Below, piece after piece: positions 1 to 7,957 of a stretch of 38,148 nt of DNA. A model generated the notes under the pieces. The model was not told where the DNA came from, ran no database searches, and saw only the letters and a program-made list of their open reading frames with translations. The DNA comes from Candidatus Limnocylindrales bacterium (lineage in GTDB: Bacteria; Chloroflexota; Limnocylindria; Limnocylindrales; CSP1-4): assembly GCA_036257225.1 (NCBI GenBank), contig DATAFZ010000158.1:1-38148 (forward strand), written 5' to 3'. The stretch's first letter is position 1. Every line of letters begins with the position of its first letter. Both the position numbers and the translations under genes were made by a program.

Positions 1-3
1 CTG

Positions 4-543
4 ATGACCATCGATCCGCGTCGATCCCTGCTGCTCCCTGCCCTGCTGGCCGCAATCGGCATCGTGGCCGCGTGCTCGAGCGGTGGCGGGGCGACCGTCG
101 CCCCAGCTGCACCCTCCGCGGCGCCGTCCGAGGCACCGTCCACCGCGCCGTCTGAATCGGCGTCCGCCTCGGCACCGGCCGCGATGGCGGCCGAGATCAA
201 GCTCGCCGACAGCTCGCTCGGCCAGATCATCGTCGACGGTGCGGACAAGACGCTCTACATGTTCGTGCCCGACGAAGCCGGGACGCCGACCTGCTATGAC
301 GAGTGCGCGACGGCGTGGCCGCCACTCCTGGCCGACGACGCGGCGTCGGTCACGGCCGGTACCGGTCTGGATGCCTCGAAGATCACGGTCGTGGACCGGA
401 CCGACGGGGGCAAGCAGGTCAAATACGGGAATTGGCCGCTCTACTACTTCGCCAACGACGCGGCTGCAGGCGATGTGAACGGCCAGGGCCTCAACGAGGT
501 CTGGTACGTCGTCGGGGCCGACGGCGAACCGATCAAGAGCTAA
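4..543 (+). CDS. Secreted lipoprotein with a tandem Yx(F/W/Y)xxD-type repeat (COG4315 / Lipoprotein_15-like)
   Basis: The signal peptide carries a lipobox (LAAIGIVAAC-SSGGG) and is followed by an Ala/Pro/Ser linker. Two repeats are present (KTLYMFVPDE...CYDECATAWPP and WPLYYFANDAAAGDVNGQG..VWYVV). ATG is at 4 and TAA at 541-543. Confidence 0.8.
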   Translation: MTIDPRRSLLLPALLAAIGIVAACSSGGGATVAPAAPSAAPSEAPSTAPSESASASAPAAMAAEIKLADSSLGQIIVDGADKTLYMFVPDEAGTPTCYDECATAWPPLLADDAASVTAGTGLDASKITVVDRTDGGKQVKYGNWPLYYFANDAAAGDVNGQGLNEVWYVVGADGEPIKS

Positions 544-565
544 GACCACCTGGGTTCGGGGGCAC

Positions 566-604
566 GAGGCCGGCGGCGTGAGCCGTCGGCCTCTTGATTT
601 GTGG
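566..604. terminator. Hairpin plus T-rich tail between convergent genes (candidate intrinsic terminator)
   Basis: GAGGCCGGCGG (566-576), loop cgtgag, then CCGTCGGCCTC (583-593) with one G-T wobble, followed by TTGATTTGTGG. It lies between the lipoprotein stop (543) and the SagB-like stop (607). Confidence 0.5.
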
Positions 605-606
605 CG

Positions 607-1758
607 TCAGGCCGCCGCCACGTGTCCGGCCGCCAGCATGTAGACCGCAGCCTCCTCGACGCCGTCGACCCCGAGCATCTCGTTGATCGCATCGTCCATG
701 AACGCGCCGACGCCGCAGGCGCCGAGCCCCATCGAGGTCGCCGCCAGGTAGGCGTTCTCACCGAGGTGGCCCGCCTCGAGCAGCCCGTAGCGGTAGCTCC
801 GATCCTGGTACTTGGGTCGCATGCGCTGCATGATCATCGTCAGGAACAGGACGACGCCGCACTCGCCCAGGAAATCCTGGGAGATCGCCTGTTCGACGGT
901 ATGGGCGCGGAAGTCGCCGATCCGCACCTGCTCGAGGGCGTGCTCCCGATACGCGTAGTGGTAGACGCCGGGCTCGATCCCCTCGACGCGATGGACCACG
1001 GCATAGACCTCGATCGGATACAGCGCGCCCGATGACGGCGCGGTCCGCCTGGCGTTGCCGTACTTGTCGGCCGCGATCCCGCTCGTCAGGTACAGCAGCC
1101 GGGACAACTCCCCCGGGGTCATCGGCGTTGGCACGTAATCACGCGTCGAGCGACGGCGCGCGATGGCCGTCGCCGCCGGCAACCCACCGTTCAGGTCGGG
1201 CTCCGGCAGTTCGACGACCGGTGCGGCTGGGTAGCGCTTGTACAGGTCGACGGGCGGACCCCAATTGGCGACCGAGCCGAGCGCATCGATGATCCCGGGC
1301 TTGCTCCACTGGTGGTAGATGACGCCCACGTCGGAACCCGCCTCGATCGGCGGCGCAGGCCGGAGCCCGCGGCCGATGGCGAGGCCGGCGATACCGCCCA
1401 TCGTGAGCCCGAAGAGCCCGCGGCGCGACAGGACGGCACCGGCGAGCATCGATGCCGGCCGGACCGGCTCGACGTCCCCTTCCCGCACGGACCGTCGGAG
1501 TGGCACCGGCACTGGGGCGGGCGGCCTCGGTTGCCGAAGCGACCGCCACCGGAACCGCCCATAGGCGATCAAGCGGTCCTGGTTCAACACGACGTGGGCA
1601 GCGGCGAAGACGCCCATGGCATAGCCGGACACGGTGTGATACCAGAAGTCGTTGAGATCCCAGAGGTCGGCGATGACGCCGGTCAGGGCGGTGGCGACGA
1701 CCGTCACCAGGAGCGCTACGGTCGTCACGAAGTCGATGTCGTGGCGGAGTCTGTTCAT
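607..1758 (-). CDS. Membrane-anchored SagB/ThcOx-type nitroreductase-family dehydrogenase (N-terminal DUF4405-like 2-TM domain + Tat-like motif/TM3 + FMN nitroreductase fold)
   Basis: The C-terminal ~190 aa carry SagB-type signatures (RRRSTRDY, PSSGALYPIEVY, GVYHY, EAGHLGENAYLAA, GACGVGAF). The N-terminus has two TM helices with a His-rich motif (YHTVSGYAMGVFAAAHVVLN). A SRRGLFGLTMGGIAGLAIG segment follows. Confidence 0.85.
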   Translation of the reverse strand: MNRLRHDIDFVTTVALLVTVVATALTGVIADLWDLNDFWYHTVSGYAMGVFAAAHVVLNQDRLIAYGRFRWRSLRQPRPPAPVPVPLRRSVREGDVEPVRPASMLAGAVLSRRGLFGLTMGGIAGLAIGRGLRPAPPIEAGSDVGVIYHQWSKPGIIDALGSVANWGPPVDLYKRYPAAPVVELPEPDLNGGLPAATAIARRRSTRDYVPTPMTPGELSRLLYLTSGIAADKYGNARRTAPSSGALYPIEVYAVVHRVEGIEPGVYHYAYREHALEQVRIGDFRAHTVEQAISQDFLGECGVVLFLTMIMQRMRPKYQDRSYRYGLLEAGHLGENAYLAATSMGLGACGVGAFMDDAINEMLGVDGVEEAAVYMLAAGHVAAA

Positions 1759-1845
1759 GGCCGTGCACCGTGAAGACGGGCGGCGCGACCGACCCCTCGC
1801 GGGCCGTCGCGGCCCCGCGCCCCCGATTCTAGACCCGGATTGCGC

Positions 1846-3543
1846 TCAGGCCCTGGCGGCGACCTTCGCCTTGCTCCCCGTCCTCGCGCGATCCTTGAGG
1901 ATCTGCCCCGCGGCGAGCTTGCCCGGCGCACCCATCACGCAGCCGCCGGGATGCGTGCCCGACCCGCACTGGTAGTAGCCGTCGATCGGCGTGCGGTACT
2001 GCGACCAACCCGGGGCGGGCCGGAAGAAGAACATCTGCGGCGCGAAGAACTCGCCGGCGAAGATGTTGCCCTCCGACAGGCCGACCGTCCGCTCGATGTC
2101 GAGCGGCGTGACCACCTCGCGCTGGAGCACGAGATCACCGAAGCCCGGGAAGAACCGCTCGAGCGTCCGCTGGACGGTGTCGCCGAGGTTCTGCCTCTCC
2201 GTGTCCCAGTCGCTCTCGCGCAGCTTGTACGGCGTGTACTGGATGAAGCTCGACAGGACGTGCTTGCCTGGCGGCGCCATATCGGCATCGATGGTCGACT
2301 GGATCGCCATATCGATGTAGGGGTTCTCCGAGTACCAGCCGTACTTGGCGTCATCGAACGCGCGCTCGAGATAGTCGAGCGACGGGCCGATGTTGGTGAA
2401 GCCGCGAAACTGGTCGCCGCGATCGCCAAGGGTCGGGAATTTCGGCAGGCCGTCGAGCGCGAAGTTCACCTTCGACGACGTGCCCTGGAAGCGGTAGCGC
2501 TGGATGTTCTCGACGAGATCATCGGGCAGCTCGCGCGGGTTCACGAGCTCGAGGAACGTTCGCCGTGGATCGAGGGCGCTGACGACGACGTCGGCGTAGT
2601 ACTCGGTCCCGTCCCCCAGGGCGACGCCGGTAGCCCGACCGTCCTTGGTGATCACGGCGTCGACCGGCGACTCGAGGCGGATCTCCGCCCCGAACGACTC
2701 CGCGGCCCGTGCCAGCACCTGGGTGAACCCGCCGTTGCCCTTCTTGTGGAACGCCCACGATCCGAACTCGCCGTCGTGCTCGCCGATCGAGTGGTAGAGC
2801 AGCACGAGGCCGCTCCCCTGCGAGCGCGGCCCGACCTTGGTGCCGATGATGCTCGACGAGGCGAGGTAGCCCTTCAGCAGCTCCGACTCGAAGTAGTCGT
2901 CGAGGAAGTCGGCCGCGCTGCCGGTCAGTAGCCGGACCGCGTTGTGCAGCACGCGCTTGTCCATCTTCTTGAACCGGGATCCCAGGTTGGCGAGCGCGAT
3001 CAGCTCCTCGGGATCGTCGCTGAAGATGTCGGGCGGGACCATGTCCAGCAGCGGCTTGATGGCCTGGCAGACCATCTCCATGTCGTGGCTGTACTGGTCG
3101 TAGGCGTCGGCGTCGTGCTTCGAGTGCCGGGCGATCTCCTGCTGGTTCTGGGCGTGGTCCTGGGTGAACAGCAGGTAGTCGCCGTCGAGCCCCGGCGCGA
3201 AGGTCGTCGACATCAACAACGGCATGAAGCCGTGCTTGGTCAGCTCGAGGTCGTGGATGATCTCCGGGCGAAGCAGGCTGAGCGCGTACGAGAAGGTCGT
3301 GAACCAGAAGCCGGGTCGGAGCTCCTCGGTGATGGCGGCGCCGCCGACGACGTCCCGCCGCTCGAGGACGAGCGTCCTGAGACCGGCCTTCGCGAGGTAC
3401 GCGCCGTTGACGAGGCCGTTGTGGCCGCCACCGATGACGATCGCGTCGTACGTCCTGTCGCCGCGGCTGGTGGCCTTGGTCGACTTCGGACCACCGTTCT
3501 TGCGGGTCGTGGTCTTCGTGGGCTTGGGCACGGTGATCGTCAT
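1846..3543 (-). CDS. NAD(P)/FAD-dependent oxidoreductase, phytoene-desaturase (COG1233) family
   Basis: Rossmann dinucleotide motif YDAIVIGGGHNGLVNGAYLAKAGLRTLVLERRDVVGG. The C-terminal YQCGSGTHPGGCVMGAPG motif is typical of this family. I chose the ATG at 3543 (MTITVPKP), 1 nt from the stop of the upstream gene; the ORF-track start at 3588 would overlap that gene. Confidence 0.85.
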   Translation of the reverse strand: MTITVPKPTKTTTRKNGGPKSTKATSRGDRTYDAIVIGGGHNGLVNGAYLAKAGLRTLVLERRDVVGGAAITEELRPGFWFTTFSYALSLLRPEIIHDLELTKHGFMPLLMSTTFAPGLDGDYLLFTQDHAQNQQEIARHSKHDADAYDQYSHDMEMVCQAIKPLLDMVPPDIFSDDPEELIALANLGSRFKKMDKRVLHNAVRLLTGSAADFLDDYFESELLKGYLASSSIIGTKVGPRSQGSGLVLLYHSIGEHDGEFGSWAFHKKGNGGFTQVLARAAESFGAEIRLESPVDAVITKDGRATGVALGDGTEYYADVVVSALDPRRTFLELVNPRELPDDLVENIQRYRFQGTSSKVNFALDGLPKFPTLGDRGDQFRGFTNIGPSLDYLERAFDDAKYGWYSENPYIDMAIQSTIDADMAPPGKHVLSSFIQYTPYKLRESDWDTERQNLGDTVQRTLERFFPGFGDLVLQREVVTPLDIERTVGLSEGNIFAGEFFAPQMFFFRPAPGWSQYRTPIDGYYQCGSGTHPGGCVMGAPGKLAAGQILKDRARTGSKAKVAARA

Positions 3544-3544
3544 G

Positions 3545-4747
3545 TCAGGCCGTCTTTCGCTCCGGGTTGTAGAGCGGCAGCCGCGCAACGTGCGCCGCGA
3601 CCTGCTCGTAGTGATGGTCGACGGTGAACTCCAGGTTGACCTTCGTCCCGAACTTGGCGAAGTCGGGACGGACGCGGGCGATCGCGATGTGGCGCTGGAG
3701 CATCGGTGAGTACATGAAGCTCGTCGCGTAGCCGACTCGCTCGTAGTCGTCGTCGTAGAGCATCCAGTCCTCGACCACCGGGGCGTGGTCCTTCGGTGGG
3801 ATCAGTCCCGCCTCGTTGTAGACGCGATCGTAGTCCCGCCATTCCACGATGAGGCCGCGCAGCGCCCATCTGGAGGTCCTTTCCGCGATCTCCTTCTCGA
3901 GTGCCCTGCGGCCGATGAACGCGCGATCGTCGGACTTGAGGTCCTTGAACATCCAGCCCCAGCCGAGCTCGATCGGGGTCGACCGGTGGGCGTCGTTCCA
4001 GGCGAAGCGGCTCGAGTCGAAGTCGGCCTCCATGAGCAGCAGGCCGGCCTCGATGCGGAGCATGTACAGCGCCGCAAGGCCGAAGGGGAGCACGCCATGG
4101 CCCTCGACCGACTCCCAGAGGGTGTCCCAGACGTGCAGCGCATCGGGCGTGTCGATCCAGATCTCGTACCCGAGGTCGCCGCTGTAACCGGTCCGGCTGA
4201 CCGTCACGCCGGCACCGCCGATCTCGCCCTTGGCGACGCCGAAATAGGGGATGCGCTCCATCTGCGGGACGAGCTTCTTGAGCAGGTCGCGGCTCCGCGG
4301 CCCCTGGAGCGCGAGGGCACCGATGTCCTGGCTGACGTCCTCGATGCGGACGTCGTCGCGGCCGATCCGGTCGGCGAAGTAGGCGAAGTTCGGCTCGGCG
4401 CAAGTGAGGAGGTACTCGTCCTTGGACAGCCTGAGGATCACGCCGTCCTCGACCACGAAGCCGCGGTCGTCCAGCCAGCATGTGTACTGCGCCTGGCCCG
4501 GCTGGCAAGCCCGGATGTCGCGGGCGAGGACGCCGCTCAGGAAGCGCTCGGCGTCCGGTCCGCTGATCCGGTACTTGTACAGGGGACTGGTATCGAAGAT
4601 TCCGGCTGCGTTGCGGACGGCGAAGTACTCGAACTTGTCGGACATCTGGTAGCGATCGGCGGCCAGGTAGCCCGACCAGTGGCTCCACAGCTGCGTCTCG
4701 TTGAGCGCGCTGGTCCGCTCGTGGAACGGGGTGCCGCGGATCGCCAT
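3545..4747 (-). CDS. Aminomethyltransferase-family (GcvT-like, folate-dependent) protein
   Basis: The N-terminus MAIRGTPFHERT...AGIFDTSPLYKYRISGPDAERFL and internal GYSGDLGYEIW match the glycine-cleavage T-protein fold. It forms an operon with the downstream FAD oxidoreductase. Confidence 0.85.
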   Translation of the reverse strand: MAIRGTPFHERTSALNETQLWSHWSGYLAADRYQMSDKFEYFAVRNAAGIFDTSPLYKYRISGPDAERFLSGVLARDIRACQPGQAQYTCWLDDRGFVVEDGVILRLSKDEYLLTCAEPNFAYFADRIGRDDVRIEDVSQDIGALALQGPRSRDLLKKLVPQMERIPYFGVAKGEIGGAGVTVSRTGYSGDLGYEIWIDTPDALHVWDTLWESVEGHGVLPFGLAALYMLRIEAGLLLMEADFDSSRFAWNDAHRSTPIELGWGWMFKDLKSDDRAFIGRRALEKEIAERTSRWALRGLIVEWRDYDRVYNEAGLIPPKDHAPVVEDWMLYDDDYERVGYATSFMYSPMLQRHIAIARVRPDFAKFGTKVNLEFTVDHHYEQVAAHVARLPLYNPERKTA

Positions 4748-4753
4748 GGGTCC

Positions 4754-4798
4754 GGACGATACCGGCTATTGGACGTTTGCGCAATATCGTCCTACGCT
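4754..4798. promoter_or_regulatory. Divergent promoter/operator region between the GcvT-like operon and the TetR gene
   Basis: Inverted repeat GGACGATA (4754-4761) / TATCGTCC (4785-4792) encloses the 8-bp palindrome TTGCGCAA (4777-4784). On the plus strand, TTGGAC-18nt-TACGCT (4793-4798) ends 6 nt before GTG 4805. On the minus strand, TTGCGC-17nt-TATCGT ends 8 nt before ATG 4747. Confidence 0.35.
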
Positions 4799-4804
4799 GC
4801 GAGC

Positions 4805-5407
4805 GTGAAGCGGATGACGCCGGCGGAACGGCGCGAGGCGATCTTGGCGGCGGCGGTCGATGTCGCCCGGCGAAAGGGACTCGCCTCGACGACGGTCCGC
4901 GACGTCGCGGCCGAGATGGGAACGTCGTCCGGCCTGATCCACCACTACTTCACGTCGATGGACGAGGTGCTGGCGGCGGCGTTCGAGGTGGTGGCTCGGC
5001 AGGATCTGGAGCTGTCGGCGTGCCTGATGGCCGAGGCGTCGTCACCGGTGGACGCGCTCCGGGTGTTCTTCCGGACGTACACGCCGTCCGACAAGGACTG
5101 GGCCTTCCAGCTGTGGCTGGACGCATGGGCGGAAGCGGCGCGGCGGCCGGCCGTCCAGGCCACGTCCCGGCGGTTGAACCTCGAATGGCAGGGGTTACTC
5201 GAGCGGACGATCGCGGCCGGTGTGGCTGTGGGGGCGTTCCGTTGCACCGATCCGGGTGCCGCCGCGTGGCGGATCCTGTCGCTGCTCGATGGGCTGGCAC
5301 TGCAGGTCGTCGCGCACGGCACGACGATCAGCCGTGACGACGTCGTGGCCTGGTCGACGGCCGCGGCGGAACGGGAACTCGGGCTGACTGCGGGGACGCT
5401 GGGCTAG
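4805..5407 (+). CDS. TetR/AcrR-family transcriptional regulator
   Basis: HTH region ERREAILAAAVDVARRKGLASTTVRDVAAEMGTSSGLIHHYFTSMDEV. Only the last ~200 codons of the 540-aa track ORF are real; the rest is antisense to the GcvT-like gene. The start is GTG 4805 (leaderless-type geometry) or ATG 4814. Confidence 0.85.
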   Translation: MKRMTPAERREAILAAAVDVARRKGLASTTVRDVAAEMGTSSGLIHHYFTSMDEVLAAAFEVVARQDLELSACLMAEASSPVDALRVFFRTYTPSDKDWAFQLWLDAWAEAARRPAVQATSRRLNLEWQGLLERTIAAGVAVGAFRCTDPGAAAWRILSLLDGLALQVVAHGTTISRDDVVAWSTAAAERELGLTAGTLG

Positions 5408-5420
5408 GCCGGCCGATTCC

Positions 5421-5775
5421 GCCGAAACCGTCATCCGCTCCTCAGGCGGTCCTTCGTCAGCCGAAATCCGTCAACCGCTCCTGAGGCGGTCATCTGACCC
5501 GGATTCGAGCACCGTCTGCGCAATTTCGTGCACACGGTGTGCCGGATCCGTTTGACGAGTGCTCGCTTGGCGAGCATCTGCCGGAAATACGGCTTCCAGA
5601 CGGGCAGTTTTTGTCAATTGCTCGTGTTACAGGCCGCGGACCAGCGGTCCGGCCTGCTTCGGCCGGGATTCGGACTCATGGAGGCATGGATTCGTGCGTG
5701 GCACGGTCGGGCAACAGCGCCGGAATGGACCTCGACCGTGTTGCTGGCTCGCCTGGCGAGCATCTGACGAGAAAT
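5421..5775. repeat. Lower-GC non-coding region with direct repeats and hairpins (unclassified repeat family)
   Basis: A ~40-bp tandem direct repeat spans 5421-5452 / 5460-5492 (CCGAAA(T)CCGTCAWCCGCTCCTSAGGCGGTC). The hairpin+tail unit GCTCGCYTGGCGAGCATCTGMCGRGAAAT occurs at 5561-5588 and 5747-5775. Other elements are the palindrome GCACACgGTGTGC (5530-5542) and the hairpin CGGACCagcGGTCCG (5637-5651). Confidence 0.5.
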
Positions 5776-5804
5776 TCGACCCTCGCGGCCGGCAGCCGCC
5801 TCGT

Positions 5805-6851
5805 CTAGGCGCGGACCTCCTGGCGCATGAACAGCACGTAAGCCGCCGCGAAGCACGCCACCGTCAGGCCGACCAGTCCGACCACCTGTGGCCAGATCAG
5901 CAGGAAGCTCTGGTCCAGCGAGAACAGCGTGGCGATTCGTTCCTGGGCCTGGGCGAATCCTTCCAGGGTGGCCGGAGTCGAGACGGTCATCACCTGCGGG
6001 TTCAGGAGCGTCAGCGAAGCCTCCCGGTAGAGCGTGTCCGGGAGGAACCGCTGGATCGTTTCCCGGAACGCGATGCCGCTCAGCTGGTCCTCGGGTGTCC
6101 CGGCCACAGGTGCCACGAAACCGGCGATCAGCGAGACGATCAACGATCCGAAGAATGTCAGGAGCAGCCACGTCCCGAACCCGACCAGCGCGGACGTGGC
6201 AGCTCGACGGATCGCCACGGACAGCAGCAGGCCGAAGGCCAGCCATAGCGCCACGTACGTGATCGTGACGAGCAGCCAGATGAGCATCCGGAGGATCTCC
6301 GAGGGATCCGGCACGATCCCGAGCCGGATCAGCGCGAACGCCGTCACACCGGCGACCATGACCACCATCACCGTCGAGATCACCGCGAGGCCGGCGACGA
6401 ACTTGCCGTTGATCACGTCGTCGCGATGGATCGGCTGTGACAATAAGCGCGCAAGAGTTCCGCTCGCCCGCTCACCGTTGATCGCGTCGAACGCGAACGC
6501 GAGGCCGAGCAGCGGCCCGACGAGGGCAAGGAACCCGACGACCGAGGGCAGCTGCAGCTGGTCGTTGACCGACGGAGCGGCCCAGAACAGGCCGATGTAG
6601 AGGGCCGGGAACTGGTTGGCGGTCTCGGCCGCGCTCCTGATCTGCCCGGACAGGAAGAACAGCGGCACGCCAGCGGCGATGGCCATGATGATCGCCAGGA
6701 CAAGGAACCTCGACGACAACAGGTGGTCCCCGAACTCCTTGCTGGCGACGACCATCCAGCCGGCACCCGGGATCGACCGTTCGCGCACGGCCGGCTGTGC
6801 AGGCTGCTCGGCCGGGGCGGCTGTGGTCGGCTCGGCGGTCGCGCCGGTCAT
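5805..6851 (-). CDS. ABC-2 type transporter permease
   Basis: About 6 hydrophobic helices follow an N-terminal Ala/Pro-rich tail. ATG 6851 overlaps the ATPase stop as ATGA (6848-6851). The track ORF start at 7055 lies inside the ATPase gene. Confidence 0.8.
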   Translation of the reverse strand: MTGATAEPTTAAPAEQPAQPAVRERSIPGAGWMVVASKEFGDHLLSSRFLVLAIIMAIAAGVPLFFLSGQIRSAAETANQFPALYIGLFWAAPSVNDQLQLPSVVGFLALVGPLLGLAFAFDAINGERASGTLARLLSQPIHRDDVINGKFVAGLAVISTVMVVMVAGVTAFALIRLGIVPDPSEILRMLIWLLVTITYVALWLAFGLLLSVAIRRAATSALVGFGTWLLLTFFGSLIVSLIAGFVAPVAGTPEDQLSGIAFRETIQRFLPDTLYREASLTLLNPQVMTVSTPATLEGFAQAQERIATLFSLDQSFLLIWPQVVGLVGLTVACFAAAYVLFMRQEVRA

Positions 6852-7957
6852 GCGGGCACCTCTCGCGGCGCCCGCCGACCCGCGTCGGCGCGAACGGCCG
6901 ACCGTGGACCCGACACGGCTCTTCGGTAGATGTCCTCGAGCGACGGCACGATGGCCCGGATCGACGTGAGCGGCAGACCTTCCCGCGCGACCGCGGCCAG
7001 CACGGCGGACCGAACGACGGCCGGGTCGGCATTCGGAGCGATCGAGATGTGCCATGGATCGCCAGGACGGATGCTGTCGCTGAGCGCCGTGACCCCCGGG
7101 ACAGCCCGCAGGACCGACCTCGCCCGTTCGACATCTTCGGGCGAATGCACGTCGAGACCGATCTCGAGCTCCTGCTTGCCCTCACCGAACCGTTCGGCGA
7201 GCTGGTCCATGGTCCCCTGGCCGATCAGCCGTCCGCCGGCGAAGATGCCGATCCGGTCGCACACGGACTGGACCTGGTTGAGCAGGTGCGAGGACAGCAG
7301 GATCGCCATCCCGCGCTCCCGCACGAGGCGGCGCAGCAGCTCGAGGATCTCGCTGACACCGAGTGGGTCGATGGCCGTCGTCGGCTCATCGAGGATGAGC
7401 ACGTCCGGATCCTTGACGAGCGCGTCGGCGATGCCGAGGCGCTGGATCATGCCGCGCGAGTACTCCTCGACCGGGTCGTCGGCACGACTGGTCAGGCCGA
7501 CCTGCTCGAGCACGGCGTCGATCGTGGTCTCCGCCTCGTCCCGGTCGAGGCGGTTCAGCCGGGCGGTGTAGCGCAGGTTCTCGCGGCCCGTCAGGTCGCC
7601 GTAGAAACCCACGCTGTCGGGCAGGTAGCCGACGCGTCGCTTGACCTCGAGTGGACCGCGCGACGGATCGAGCCCGACCACCCGCGCGGCGCCTTCCGTG
7701 ATCTCGGTCAGGCCGAGCAGCATCAGGATCGTCGTGGTCTTGCCGGCGCCGTTCTGGCCGAGGAGTCCGAAGATCTCACCGGCACGAACGTCGAGATCCA
7801 GATGGTCGACTGCGACGAGGTCGTCGTAGCGCTTGGTCAGCCCGCGGGTCTTGATCCGGATCGGCCTCGCCGGCGCGGCCCCGTCGGCGGCCGGCGCGGC
7901 TGCCTCGCGCCTCCCCGAGCGACGCTTCGACGCGATCCGTCCCGGGCTCGTGCTCAT
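6848..7957 (-). CDS. ABC transporter ATP-binding protein
   Basis: Walker A GQNGAGKTTT, signature YSRGMIQRLG, Walker B VLILDEPT, and H-loop SSHLL. The start overlaps the stop of the upstream gene as ATGA (7954-7957). Confidence 0.9.
   Translation of the reverse strand: MSTSPGRIASKRRSGRREAAAPAADGAAPARPIRIKTRGLTKRYDDLVAVDHLDLDVRAGEIFGLLGQNGAGKTTTILMLLGLTEITEGAARVVGLDPSRGPLEVKRRVGYLPDSVGFYGDLTGRENLRYTARLNRLDRDEAETTIDAVLEQVGLTSRADDPVEEYSRGMIQRLGIADALVKDPDVLILDEPTTAIDPLGVSEILELLRRLVRERGMAILLSSHLLNQVQSVCDRIGIFAGGRLIGQGTMDQLAERFGEGKQELEIGLDVHSPEDVERARSVLRAVPGVTALSDSIRPGDPWHISIAPNADPAVVRSAVLAAVAREGLPLTSIRAIVPSLEDIYRRAVSGPRSAVRADAGRRAPREVPA

Noticed and set aside
3785-4804. The N-terminal 340 codons of the 540-aa ORF that ends as the TetR gene.
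   Set aside because: This part is antisense to the GcvT-like gene and has no protein-like features. The TetR HTH begins right after GTG 4805 / ATG 4814, and promoter-like elements sit just upstream.
4748-4804. A glycine riboswitch upstream of the GcvT-like gene.
   Set aside because: The intergenic region is only 57 bp. It is occupied by promoter and operator palindromes and has no GGAGAG...CACCG-type aptamer core.
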